Of a stretch of 64,000 nucleotides of DNA, positions 9,919-18,983 are shown one piece after another (position 1 is the stretch's first letter; each line of letters begins with the position of its first letter). This DNA comes from Acidimicrobiales bacterium (GTDB taxonomy: Bacteria > Actinomycetota > Acidimicrobiia > Acidimicrobiales > Bog-793): contig DATGLP010000008.1 of assembly GCA_035294085.1 (NCBI GenBank), positions 87,681-151,680 of the forward strand, written 5' to 3'. The translations under genes and the position numbers were made by a program. The notes below the pieces were generated by a model, which had not been told where the DNA came from, did no database searches, and saw nothing but the letters and a program-made list of their open reading frames with translations.

Positions 9919-11913
9919 GTGGACGGGGTCATTGGCCACGTGGGGGTCGCCCTCGGGCTCGCCGGCGCCCTCGCGGCGATCGTCGCCCTCGTCCTCGGGC
10001 AGGTGCTCGGCCGACGCGCCCTCGGCGCAACGGCGCCGACGTACGTAGCCGTCATGGTGCTCGGCGGGCTCGTCGCCGCCGGCGTGATGGAGCACGCCCT
10101 CGTCGCCCACGACTTCTCGCTCGCCTTCGTGGCGGCGAACAACTCTCGCGAGACGCCGCTCCTCTTCTCGGTCACGGGGATGTGGTCCGCGCTCCAGGGC
10201 TCGATCCTGCTGTGGACGATCATCCTGAGCGGCTACCTCGCCGTCCTCGCCCTGCGCCTGCGTCGCCGCCTCGACGACGCCGTCGTGGCCTGGGCGCTCG
10301 TCGTCGGGCTCGCGGTGGCCGTGTTCTTCTACGCGCTCATGCTCGGTCCCGCCGACCCGTTCGCGGCCACGCCCGGCGTCCCGCCCCCCGACGGCGCGGG
10401 CCCGAACCCCCTGCTCCAGGACAACACGCTGATCGCCTTCCACCCGGTGTTCCTCTACCTCGGCTACGTCGGCTTCACCGTCCCGTTCGCCTTCGCCGTC
10501 GCCTCGCTCGCCACGGGCCGGGTCGGGGAGGGCTGGCTCGCCGCGACGCGCCGCTTCGCGCTCGTCGCCTGGATGTTCCTCACCGTGGGCATCGTCCTCG
10601 GCGCGTGGTGGTCCTACCAGGTCCTCGGCTGGGGGGGGTTCTGGGGCTGGGACCCCGTCGAGAACGCCGCCTTCCTGCCGTGGCTGACGGCCACCGCCTA
10701 CCTGCACTCGGTGATGGTGCAGGAGCGGCGCGGCCTGCTTCGGATCTGGAACCTCTCGCTCCTCGTCGCGACCTTCTCCCTCACGATCCTCGGGACCTTC
10801 CTCACCCGCTCGGGCGTGGTCCAGTCGGTGCACGCCTTCTCCGACTCGGGCATCGGTCCGGCGCTGCTCGGCCTGTTCGCCGCCGCCGTGCTCGGCGGGG
10901 TGGTGCTCATCGGCTGGCGCGGCGACCGGCTGCGCGCGCCGGGCTCGATCGACGCCGCGGCCTCGCGCGAGGGCGCCTTCCTCGTCAACAACCTCCTCTT
11001 CGCCGGCTTCGCCCTCGTGGTCCTCGTCGGGACGGTCTTCCCGCTCTTCGTCCAGGCGATCGACGGCCAGCAGCTCACGATCGGCCGCCCGTACTTTGAC
11101 GCCTTCGGCCTGCCCATCGGCCTCGCCCTGCTCTTCTTCATGGCGATCGCCCCGGCACTTCCCTGGCGCAAGGCCGCCCCGGGCGTGCTGCGCCGCCGCC
11201 TCGTCGTGCCTGCCTGGACCGCCGTCGCCACGGTCGCCGCCTGCGTCGGCGCCGGCCTGCGCGGGCTCGCGCCGCTCCTGGCCTTCGGCCTCGCCGGCTT
11301 CGCCGGCGCCTCGGCGCTGCGCCAGCTCGCGCTCGCCGCCGCGGCGGCGCGGCGGCGGGGGCTGTCGCCGCTCACGGGCCTCGTCGGGCGCGCCAACGGC
11401 GGCATGGTCGTCCACCTCGGCGTCGTGGTCGTCGCCGTCGGGCTGGCCGCGGCGAGCTCGTTCGGCCAGCGCGCGGAGCTCACGCTGCGTCCGGGGCAGA
11501 GCGCGCGCGTCGACGGCCACGAGCTCACCTTGCTCGCGGTGCGCAGCTTCTCCGACCCCAGCCGATCGGGCAGCGAGGCCCTCGTTCGCGTCGACGGCGG
11601 CGGGGTGTTCCGGCCGGCCATCGACACCTTCCGCGGCGACACCGAGAGCGTCGGCACGCCCTCGATCGACTCGGGCGCACTCGACGACGTCTACCTCTCG
11701 CCGGTCGAGATCACCCCGGGGCGCCAGGTCGTCACCCTCGACGTCGTCGTCCAGCCGCTCGTCGTCTGGCTCTGGATCGGCGGCGCCCTCGTCGCGCTCG
11801 GGGCGCTGCTCGCCGCGCTGCCCGGCCGGCGACGCCGGCCGACCGATCCCGCCTCCCTGCTGTTCCCCGAGCTCGCCGAGGAGCTGCCGCCGGCGGTGGG
11901 AGCGGTCCGGTGA
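9919..11913 (+). CDS. ccmF: cytochrome c heme lyase subunit CcmF
   Basis: 664-aa polytopic protein with WWD motif WGGFWGWDPVENAAFLPW. Confidence 0.9.
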   Translation: MDGVIGHVGVALGLAGALAAIVALVLGQVLGRRALGATAPTYVAVMVLGGLVAAGVMEHALVAHDFSLAFVAANNSRETPLLFSVTGMWSALQGSILLWTIILSGYLAVLALRLRRRLDDAVVAWALVVGLAVAVFFYALMLGPADPFAATPGVPPPDGAGPNPLLQDNTLIAFHPVFLYLGYVGFTVPFAFAVASLATGRVGEGWLAATRRFALVAWMFLTVGIVLGAWWSYQVLGWGGFWGWDPVENAAFLPWLTATAYLHSVMVQERRGLLRIWNLSLLVATFSLTILGTFLTRSGVVQSVHAFSDSGIGPALLGLFAAAVLGGVVLIGWRGDRLRAPGSIDAAASREGAFLVNNLLFAGFALVVLVGTVFPLFVQAIDGQQLTIGRPYFDAFGLPIGLALLFFMAIAPALPWRKAAPGVLRRRLVVPAWTAVATVAACVGAGLRGLAPLLAFGLAGFAGASALRQLALAAAAARRRGLSPLTGLVGRANGGMVVHLGVVVVAVGLAAASSFGQRAELTLRPGQSARVDGHELTLLAVRSFSDPSRSGSEALVRVDGGGVFRPAIDTFRGDTESVGTPSIDSGALDDVYLSPVEITPGRQVVTLDVVVQPLVVWLWIGGALVALGALLAALPGRRRRPTDPASLLFPELAEELPPAVGAVR

Positions 11914-12461
11914 CCGGCCGGCGGGGCCCCGGCAGGGCGCTCGTCGCCGCGAGCGCGGCGGGCGTCGTCGTCCTCGCCCTCGTGGCCGTGCTCGCCACCC
12001 GTCACGCCGCGCCCGGCACGAGCGTGCCGAGCAACCTCGGGGGCAGGCCGGCGCCGCCGGCGGCAGGGCGCGACCTGCTCACGGGGCGCCGGGTGAGCCT
12101 CGCCGAGTACCGCGGCCGCTTCGTCCTCGTCGACTTCTTCGCCAGCTGGTGCGCGCCCTGCCAGGCCGAGGCGCCGGCGCTCGAGACGCTCGCGTTCCGC
12201 GACCGGCGCGAGCTCGCCGTGTTCGGGGTGGCCGTGAAGGACAGCGCGGCGAACGCACGCGCCTTCCTCGAGCGGACGGGAGCGACCTGGCCCGCCGTCG
12301 CGGACCCGGGCGAGTCGATCGCCCTCGCCTACGGCGTCGCGGACCCACCGCAGTCCTTCCTCGTCGCTCCCGACGGCGTCGTCGTGGGCCAGATCCTCGG
12401 CCAGGTCTCCGTCGCGGCGGTCGACCGCCTCATCGCCGCGGCGAGGAGGGCCGGCGCGTGA
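11910..12461 (+). CDS. ccmG: thiol:disulfide oxidoreductase CcmG/DsbE (TlpA family)
   Basis: GTG overlaps the ccmF stop. Has an N-terminal anchor and the thioredoxin fold motif FFASWCAPCQAE. Confidence 0.85.
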   Translation: MTGRRGPGRALVAASAAGVVVLALVAVLATRHAAPGTSVPSNLGGRPAPPAAGRDLLTGRRVSLAEYRGRFVLVDFFASWCAPCQAEAPALETLAFRDRRELAVFGVAVKDSAANARAFLERTGATWPAVADPGESIALAYGVADPPQSFLVAPDGVVVGQILGQVSVAAVDRLIAAARRAGA

Positions 12462-12967
12462 CCGGCTTGGTGCGTCGAGGCGCCGAGCGCGCCGGCGCGC
12501 TCGGCGCGACGCCAGCTGCGTACGTGCTCGCCTGCCTCGCAGCGGCGGCGCTCCTCGCCGTCGGCAGCGTGCACGGCTCCCCGCAGGCCCCGGCGGCTCG
12601 CGCCGCCTACCTCGACAGCGTCATCCGGTGCCCGAGCTGCACCGGGCTGTCGATCGCCCAGTCGGACGACCCGATCGCCGTCGCGCTGCGCGCCGAGGTT
12701 CGGCGCCTCGTGGACGCCGGGTGGTCGAACGGGGCGATCGAGCGCAAGGTGGTCGCCGAGTACCACGAGAGCGTCCTCCTGTCGCCGCCCGCACACGGCC
12801 TCGGCGCCGCCGCCTGGTTCGTCCCGCTCGCGGCGATCGCGGCGGGGGCGGTGGCGCTCGGGGCGGTGCTCGTGCGCCGTCGCCGACTCGCCCCCGGAGA
12901 CGGCGCCGTGTCGGCGGCGGACGCCGCTCTCGTCGAGGCAGCCCTGCGTGACCAGGGGGGACCGTGA
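12458..12967 (+). CDS. ccmH: cytochrome c-type biogenesis protein CcmH
   Basis: C-terminal part of ORF 11096..12967. GTG 12458 overlaps the ccmG stop. Contains VIRCPSCTGLSIAQSD (LRCxxC motif) followed by a TM helix. Confidence 0.8.
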   Translation: MTGLVRRGAERAGALGATPAAYVLACLAAAALLAVGSVHGSPQAPAARAAYLDSVIRCPSCTGLSIAQSDDPIAVALRAEVRRLVDAGWSNGAIERKVVAEYHESVLLSPPAHGLGAAAWFVPLAAIAAGAVALGAVLVRRRRLAPGDGAVSAADAALVEAALRDQGGP

Positions 12968-13776
12968 GCCGCCCGGAGCGCCTCGACGAGCTCCACGCGG
13001 CCCGCGACCACCTCCTCGCGTCGCTCGCCGACCTCGAGCGCGAGCGCGCCGCGGGTGACGTCGCGGCGGCGGACTACGAGGCGCTGCGCCAGCGCTACGT
13101 GGCGCGCACGGCGGCGGTGCTGCGCGCGATCTCGGCCGCCGAGGCGGCACCGGAAAGGGCGCCGGCCGGCCGCTGGCGGGGGCTGCGTCGGCGCCTCGGC
13201 CGCCCCGCGACGCGCCGGGGCCTGTGGGCCGGCGTCGTCGTCTGCCTCCTCGGCGCGCTCGTCGTCGTCGCCGCGAGCCTCGCCGGACTGCGCCTCCCGG
13301 GACAGTCGGCCACGGGTTCGGTCGCCCTCCCGCCGGCCGGCGTTCTCCGCCAGGAGCTCGTCGACGCGCGCCTGCTCGGCAGCGAGGGCGAGGTGCAGGC
13401 GGCGATCGCGCTCTACGACCGCGTCCTCGCTGCGGTGCCGCACCAGCCCGAGGCGCTCACCTACCGCGGCTGGCTCGTGCGCCTCGTCGGCGTCGCCGCC
13501 GGCTCGCGCTCGGCGATCGCCCGCGGCGACGCGCAGCTCGCCGAGGCGGTGCGCGTCGCGCCACGCTACCCCGACGCCCGGGCGCTCTACGGCCTCGCGC
13601 TGGCCGACGACCGCCACGCCTTCGCCGCGGCCGCGGCGCAGCTGCGCGCCTTCCTCGCCGATCGCCCACCGGCCTCCCTGCTCGAGCCGCTCCGGCCGGC
13701 GATGGCCCGGGTGTTCGAGCGAGCGGGCGAGCCCGTGCCTGCAGCCCTCGCGACCGGCGAGCGCCGCGCCCGCTGA
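12964..13776 (+). CDS. ccmI: TPR-containing CcmI/CycH-like cytochrome c maturation protein
   Basis: GTG overlaps the ccmH stop. Has a central TM helix (LWAGVVVCLLGALVVVAASLAG) followed by TPR-like helical repeats (AIALYDRVLAAVPHQPEALTYRGW). It is the last gene of the operon. Confidence 0.6.
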   Translation: MSRPERLDELHAARDHLLASLADLERERAAGDVAAADYEALRQRYVARTAAVLRAISAAEAAPERAPAGRWRGLRRRLGRPATRRGLWAGVVVCLLGALVVVAASLAGLRLPGQSATGSVALPPAGVLRQELVDARLLGSEGEVQAAIALYDRVLAAVPHQPEALTYRGWLVRLVGVAAGSRSAIARGDAQLAEAVRVAPRYPDARALYGLALADDRHAFAAAAAQLRAFLADRPPASLLEPLRPAMARVFERAGEPVPAALATGERRAR

Positions 13777-13783
13777 GCGGGAG

Positions 13784-14926
13784 CTACGCGAGGCGCTGCC
13801 CGAGCTCGCGCAGCGAGCGCACGACCGCCGGGAAGGCCTCGGCGAAGGCCGAGACGTCCGCCTCGGTCGTCGACCAGCCGACCGACACGCGCAGCGAGCG
13901 CTGCGCGTCGACGCCCATCGCCTGGAGCACGGGGGAGGGCTCGAAGGCCTCCGACGAGCAGGCAGATCCCGAGTGCACGGCGACGCCGGACTGGTCGAGG
14001 CCGAGGACGACGCCCTCGGCCTCGACCCCGGCAACCTGCACGCACGCGAGGTGAGGGACGCGCCGCTCGGGATCGCCGAGGCAGCTCACCCCGGGGACCT
14101 CGAGCGCGGCGGCGAGGAGCGCGTCGGCCTGCCGTCGGGCGCGCGCGGCCGCCGCCTCGAGGGCCCCCGGTGCGGCGAGCGCCCGGGCGACGGCGCCGAA
14201 GGCCACGATCCCGCCGGCGTTCTCCGTGCCGGCGCGCCGCCCCCGCTCCTGGTCGGGGCCGACGAGGAGGGGCGCGAGGCGCTGGCCGCGGCGGATGACG
14301 AGGGCGCCGACGCCTGGCGGGCCGCCGAGCTTGTGCGCGGAGAGCGAGACGAAGTCGGCGCCGAGCGCCCCGAGGTCGACCGGCAGCTGGCCGACGGCCG
14401 CGCAGGCGTCGACGTGGACGCGCACGCCGGCGCGCCGGCAGGCAGCCACCACCTCCTCGACCGGCTGGAGGGTGCCGACCTCGTGGTTGGCGTACTGGCA
14501 GTGGACGAGCGAGGGGGCGTCGCGCTCGAGGACCTGCGCGACGCTGTCGAGGTCGACACGCCCGAGCCGGTCGACCGCCAGCCAGGCGACGGGGCCCGAG
14601 CGCTCGGCAGAGCGGCGCACCGCGGCGTGCTCGACGGGCGCGAGCGCGATCGGTGCGCCCGGCGCGCCGGCGCGAGCCGCCGCGTTCACCCAGTTCGCCG
14701 CCTCCGTCCCGCCCGAGGTGAACACGACCTGCCGGGCGCGCACCCCGAGGAGCTCGGCGAGCGACTCCCGCGCCTCCTCGATCGCCGCGCTCGCCTGGCG
14801 ACCTTCGGCGTAGGGGCGGCCGGGATCGGCGTGCGCGCCCTCGCGCGCCCAGGCGCACAGCGCCTCGACGGCCTCCGGCCGCAGGGGGGAGCTCGAGGCG
14901 TGGTCGAGGTAGTGTCGCCCGGCCAC
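13784..14926 (-). CDS. cysteine desulfurase (NifS/IscS-like, class V aminotransferase)
   Basis: PLP-lysine block SLSAHKLGGPPG and catalytic loop HSGSACSS. The start is set at GTG 14926 (VAGRHYLDHASSSPL), 4 nt after the upstream gene's stop. The longer track ORF (to 15079) overlaps that gene. Confidence 0.85.
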   Translation of the reverse strand: MAGRHYLDHASSSPLRPEAVEALCAWAREGAHADPGRPYAEGRQASAAIEEARESLAELLGVRARQVVFTSGGTEAANWVNAAARAGAPGAPIALAPVEHAAVRRSAERSGPVAWLAVDRLGRVDLDSVAQVLERDAPSLVHCQYANHEVGTLQPVEEVVAACRRAGVRVHVDACAAVGQLPVDLGALGADFVSLSAHKLGGPPGVGALVIRRGQRLAPLLVGPDQERGRRAGTENAGGIVAFGAVARALAAPGALEAAAARARRQADALLAAALEVPGVSCLGDPERRVPHLACVQVAGVEAEGVVLGLDQSGVAVHSGSACSSEAFEPSPVLQAMGVDAQRSLRVSVGWSTTEADVSAFAEAFPAVVRSLRELGQRLA

Positions 14927-14930
14927 CGGC

Positions 14931-15692
14931 TCAGCCGGCGACGCTGGCGCAGGTCTTCGCGCCGAGCGCCCGCGACGACAGCTGGACGGAGACGGAGTCG
15001 CCGCACAGGCCGGCGAGCATCCCCTGGACCATGCCGCGGTCGACCGCGCACAGCACCGGGTGCTGGAGCACGAGCTCACCGAAGGGGCAGTGGTCCCGCA
15101 CGACCATCGTCACCGCGTCGCGCGTGTCGGCGTGCGCGGCGAAGCCGTGCGCTGTGAGGGCGTCGGCGACGGCCGCCATCGCGGCGCGCAGCGACCGCTG
15201 CGCCTCCCCCGGTGCCATCTGGGCGGCGAGCGCCCGGCCGTACTCCTCGCCGACCTCGACGGCGAGGCGCTCGGCCAGCTCGGGCTCGAGCAGGGCGAGG
15301 GCGCGCGTCAGCAGGCTGACGACGAGCGCGTCGTGGCGCGGCGGCATCGGCAGGTCGCTCGTGCTCGCCGGGGCGCGGTAGCGCTTCGAGGGGCGGCCCG
15401 CACCGCCCGACTGGTGGTCGAGGGTGACCTCGAGGTAGCCGCCCGCGGCGAGCTTGTCGAGGTGGTGGCGGGCGACGTTCGGGTGGAGGGCGAAGCGCCG
15501 GGCGACCTCGGCGGCGGTCGCGCCACCCACCTCGCGCGCGAAGAGGTAGATCTGCCGGCGCGTCGCGTCGCCGAACGCGGCGGCGACCGCGGCGACCGCG
15601 GCGGAGAAGCTCTCGCCGTCGACGAGCGCGCCGGGAGCGCCAGCGCCGGCCGACGACTCGACGGTCCCCCTCGGGCGATGCGCCGAGCTCAC
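14931..15692 (-). CDS. winged-helix transcriptional regulator, COG2345/SufR-like with C-terminal Cys triad
   Basis: HTH region TRRQIYLFAREVGGATAAEVARRFALHPNVARHHLDKLAAGGYL and GRPSKRYR. The C-terminus DHCPFGELVLQHPVLCAVDRGMVQGMLAGLCGD has C-x12-C-x14-C spacing reminiscent of the SufR Fe-S ligands. Confidence 0.7.
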   Translation of the reverse strand: MSSAHRPRGTVESSAGAGAPGALVDGESFSAAVAAVAAAFGDATRRQIYLFAREVGGATAAEVARRFALHPNVARHHLDKLAAGGYLEVTLDHQSGGAGRPSKRYRAPASTSDLPMPPRHDALVVSLLTRALALLEPELAERLAVEVGEEYGRALAAQMAPGEAQRSLRAAMAAVADALTAHGFAAHADTRDAVTMVVRDHCPFGELVLQHPVLCAVDRGMVQGMLAGLCGDSVSVQLSSRALGAKTCASVAG

Positions 15693-15698
15693 GACGGT

Positions 15699-15704
15699 AT
15701 CCTA
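15699..15704 (-). promoter_or_regulatory. -10-like TAGGAT exactly 6 nt upstream of the GTG start of the SufR-like gene (leaderless signature)
   Basis: Minus strand reads TAGGAT-accgtc-GTG(15692). There is no Shine-Dalgarno. Confidence 0.45.
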
Positions 15705-15749
15705 CCTGGGAAGGGTCCCCGAGGCGCCGTCTCGAGGCGGCAGGTGCGC

Positions 15750-16877
15750 ATGGCTCCCACCAACGACGACGATCGCCTCGCGGCCGCAGCCGAGGTCGAG
15801 GACCCCGTCCTCTTCCACCGCCTCGGCGACCTCGGCACGCTCGTGTCGGTGCGCGAGCGCCGCGGGCGGGTCGAGGTGGCGCTGCGCGTCCCGCACCGGG
15901 ACTACCCGGGGCGCGACGAGCTCGAGCGCCGGCTCTCGCAGGCCTTCGCCGGGGCGAGGGTGCGGCTCGCCCTCGAGGAGCTCGACGAGGACGGGCGCGC
16001 CGAGCTCGGCGCGCGCCTGCGAGCGCTCGACGGCACGACGGGGGCGACGAGCGCGCCCGGCCGGGCAGGGGTCCGGCCGAACCCCTTCGCGCAGCGCGGC
16101 ACCCGTACGCGGGTCCTCGCCGTCGCGTCGGGCAAGGGCGGCGTCGGGAAGTCCTCGGTGACGGTCAACCTGGCCGTTGCCCTCGCGGGTCGCGGGCGCC
16201 GCGTCGGCGTGCTCGACGCCGACATCTACGGCTTCTCGGTGCCGCGCATGCTCGGCGTGACCTACCCGCCGCTCGTCCTCGGCCGCACGATCGTGCCGCC
16301 CGTCGCCCACGGTGTCCGGGTCATCTCGATGGGGTTCTTCGTCGGCGAGGACCAGGCGGTGGCCTGGCGCGGCCCCATGCTCCACAAGGCGCTCGAGCAG
16401 TTCCTCGTCGACGTGCACTGGGGGGCGCCCGACTTCCTCGTCGTGGACCTGCCTCCAGGGACCGGCGACGTCGCGCTGTCGATCGGCCAGCAGCTGCCGG
16501 GCGCCGAGCTCTACCTCGTCACGACGCCGCAGCCCGCCGCGCAGCGAGTCGCGCAGCGCGCCGGCGTGCTCGCCCGCCAGCTCAAGCTCCCGGTCCGCGG
16601 CGTGATCGAGAACCTGTCGTGGTTCACCGGGCTCGACGGGACCCGCTACGAGCTGTTCGGGCGGGGGGGCGGCGAGGCGCTCGCCGAGGCGCTCGGGGCC
16701 CCGCTGCTCGCCCGCATCCCGCTCGAGCCGGCGGTGCGCGAGGGTGCGGACGCCGGCGAGCCGGCGGCGCGTGCCGCTCCCGGCGGCGAGGTGGCGGCCG
16801 CCTTCGACGCCCTCGCCGCACGGGTCGTCGAGCTCGGGCCGGTCCGCGTCTACCGCTCCGAGCTCACCGTCTCCTAG
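15750..16877 (+). CDS. mrp: Mrp/ApbC/NBP35-family P-loop ATPase with N-terminal DUF59-like domain, cysteine-free
   Basis: ATG 15750 lies within ORF 15060..16877. Contains the deviant Walker A VASGKGGVGKSS, DADIYGFS and DLPPGTGD. The usual CxxC block is replaced by ENLSWFTGLDGTRYELFG. Confidence 0.85.
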   Translation: MAPTNDDDRLAAAAEVEDPVLFHRLGDLGTLVSVRERRGRVEVALRVPHRDYPGRDELERRLSQAFAGARVRLALEELDEDGRAELGARLRALDGTTGATSAPGRAGVRPNPFAQRGTRTRVLAVASGKGGVGKSSVTVNLAVALAGRGRRVGVLDADIYGFSVPRMLGVTYPPLVLGRTIVPPVAHGVRVISMGFFVGEDQAVAWRGPMLHKALEQFLVDVHWGAPDFLVVDLPPGTGDVALSIGQQLPGAELYLVTTPQPAAQRVAQRAGVLARQLKLPVRGVIENLSWFTGLDGTRYELFGRGGGEALAEALGAPLLARIPLEPAVREGADAGEPAARAAPGGEVAAAFDALAARVVELGPVRVYRSELTVS

Positions 16878-16917
16878 CGCCGAGCGCGCCGTCGCACGCA
16901 TCGGGCACACTCGAGCC

Positions 16918-18069
16918 GTGCGGGCAGACCTACCGAGCGCCTCCGCCCCGTCCCGGCGCGGCCGGCCGCTGACGGCGCGCGCCCGGGAGTGGGCGGCGAC
17001 GATGGAGGGCCACCGCCAGGTCGCGCTCGGGGTGCGCCAGGCGCACGACGGCCCGCCGCTCGCCTTCGCCGCGGCGTCGGTCCTCGACCGCGAGGCGCGC
17101 GAGGCGGCCGAGGCGGCCGAGCTCGCCCGCGGGGCGACCCGCGCCGACGGCGCGGGGGACCGGGCACGGCCGGAGGAGCCCGACCCCTGGCGGACCTGCT
17201 TCGAGCGCGACCGCGACCGCATCCTCCACGAGGCGACGAGCTTCCGCCGCCTCGCCGGCAAGACGCAGGTGTTCATCTTCCCGGCCGACCACCAGCGCAC
17301 GCGCCTCACCCACGCCCTCGAGGTGTCCCAGGTGGCGACGACGATCGCTCGTGCCTGCCGCCTCAACGTGGCGCTCACCGAGGCGATCGCCCTCGGCCAC
17401 GACTGCGGCCACGGCCCGTTCGGCCACGCCTCCGAGGACGCCTTCGACCCCTACCTGCCGGGCGGCTTCCGCCACGCGCCCTTCGGCGCACGCGTGACCC
17501 TCGCCGGCCTCAACCTGTGCCGAGAGACGCTGGACGGGATCGCCAACCACAGCTGGTCGCGGCCCGCTCCCGCGACCCCCGAGGGTGCCGTCGTGCGCTT
17601 CGCGGATCGCATCGCCTACGTCTGCCACGACTTCGAGGACGCCGTGCGGGCCGGCGTCGTGCGGCCCGACGCGCTCCCCGCCCAGGTCGCCGCCACCTGC
17701 GGCCGCCGTCGATCCGAGCAGCTCCGGGCGTTCATCACCGACGTCGTCGAGACGAGCGTCGCGACGGGCGCGGTGGCCATGAGCGAGGAGATGGGTGCCG
17801 CCCTCGCCGCCTTCCGAGCGTTCAACTACGAGCGGATCTACCTGCGCCCGGAGTCGGCCGCGCAGGCGGAGCAGGTGCAGCGGCTGCTGCGCGCCCTCGT
17901 CGAGCACTTCGTCGAGCACCCCGAGCTCCTCGGCGCACCGGCGGTCGGCGACGTGACGGCGGCCGCCGTCGCCTACGTCGCGGGGATGACCGACCGCTTC
18001 GCCTGCGAGCAGGCCAAGCGGCTCCTCGACTGGCCGGCCGACGACCTGCCGAGGGGCTTCGACACGTGA
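16918..18069 (+). CDS. dgt: dGTP triphosphohydrolase-like HD-domain protein
   Basis: Contains FERDRDRILH, RTRLTHALEVSQVA and GHDCGHGPFGH. The start is uncertain. GTG 16918 is the first start after the mrp stop, and the stretch to 17001 has high third-position GC. The alternative is ATG 17002. Confidence 0.8.
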   Translation: MRADLPSASAPSRRGRPLTARAREWAATMEGHRQVALGVRQAHDGPPLAFAAASVLDREAREAAEAAELARGATRADGAGDRARPEEPDPWRTCFERDRDRILHEATSFRRLAGKTQVFIFPADHQRTRLTHALEVSQVATTIARACRLNVALTEAIALGHDCGHGPFGHASEDAFDPYLPGGFRHAPFGARVTLAGLNLCRETLDGIANHSWSRPAPATPEGAVVRFADRIAYVCHDFEDAVRAGVVRPDALPAQVAATCGRRRSEQLRAFITDVVETSVATGAVAMSEEMGAALAAFRAFNYERIYLRPESAAQAEQVQRLLRALVEHFVEHPELLGAPAVGDVTAAAVAYVAGMTDRFACEQAKRLLDWPADDLPRGFDT

Positions 18070-18932
18070 GCGCCGGCGCACCAGCCGACCGGATCGTCCT
18101 GCGCTTCTCGTGCCCCGACCGCGTCGGGATCGTCCACGCCGTCGCCGGCTTCCTCGCGTCGCGTGACCTCAACATCGTGGAGAGCCAGCAGTTCGCGGAG
18201 CCCTCGAGCGGGCGCTTCTTCATGCGCGTCGAGGCGAGCGCGAGGCGGGCCCTCGACCTGCGCGCGCTGCGCGGCGAGTTCGCGCCACTCGCCCAGGAGC
18301 TCGCCATGGCCTGGGACCTGCTCGACGCCGAGCGGCGGCCGAGGCTGCTCGTCCTCGTCAGCCGGCTCGGTCACTGCCTGAACGACCTGCTCTACCGGTG
18401 GCGGACCGGCTCGCTGCGCGCCGACATCGTCGCCGTCGTCTCGAACCACGCCGACTTCGAGGGCCTGGCGCGCTCGAGCGGCGTGCCCTTCTTCCACCTC
18501 CCCGTCTCGCCGCACGGTCGAGCCGAGCAGGAGGCCCGGCTGCTCGAGCTCGTCGACGAGTACGACGTCGAGCTCGTCGTGCTCGCCCGCTACATGCAGA
18601 TCCTGTCCGCCCCGACCGCCGAGCGCCTCGCCGGGCGGGCCATCAACATCCACCACTCGTTCCTGCCGAGCTTCACCGGGGCCCGTCCCTACCACCAGGC
18701 CTACGAGCGCGGCGTGAAGCTCGTCGGGGCGACGGCCCACTACCTCACGGCAGCGCTCGACGAAGGCCCGATCATCGAGCAGGAGGTGGTCCGCGTCGAC
18801 CACTCGCACTCGCCCGAGCGGCTCGCCGAGCTCGGGCGCGACGTGGAGTGCGTGGTGCTCGCCCGCGCCGTGGCCTGGCACCTCGACCAGCGCGTGATGC
18901 TCAACGGCGACAAGACCGTCGTCTTCCGCTGA
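18066..18932 (+). CDS. purU: formyltetrahydrofolate deformylase
   Basis: GTG 18066 overlaps the dgt stop (GTGA). Has an N-terminal ACT domain (LRFSCPDRVGIVHAVAGFLA) and the formyltransferase core INIHHSFLPSF...GATAHY. Confidence 0.9.
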   Translation: MSAGAPADRIVLRFSCPDRVGIVHAVAGFLASRDLNIVESQQFAEPSSGRFFMRVEASARRALDLRALRGEFAPLAQELAMAWDLLDAERRPRLLVLVSRLGHCLNDLLYRWRTGSLRADIVAVVSNHADFEGLARSSGVPFFHLPVSPHGRAEQEARLLELVDEYDVELVVLARYMQILSAPTAERLAGRAINIHHSFLPSFTGARPYHQAYERGVKLVGATAHYLTAALDEGPIIEQEVVRVDHSHSPERLAELGRDVECVVLARAVAWHLDQRVMLNGDKTVVFR

Positions 18933-18983
18933 CGCCGCGCCGGCCGTCGATCCCCGCACCGGGCGCGCTTGGCGCCGTCGAGG

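Noticed and set aside
14927-15079. N-terminal 51-codon extension of the desulfurase ORF (the track start is at 15079).
   Set aside because: It overlaps the 3' end of the SufR-like gene and translates to Cys/Ser/Arg-rich nonsense. The conserved N-terminus (RHYLDHASSSPL) begins right after GTG 14926.
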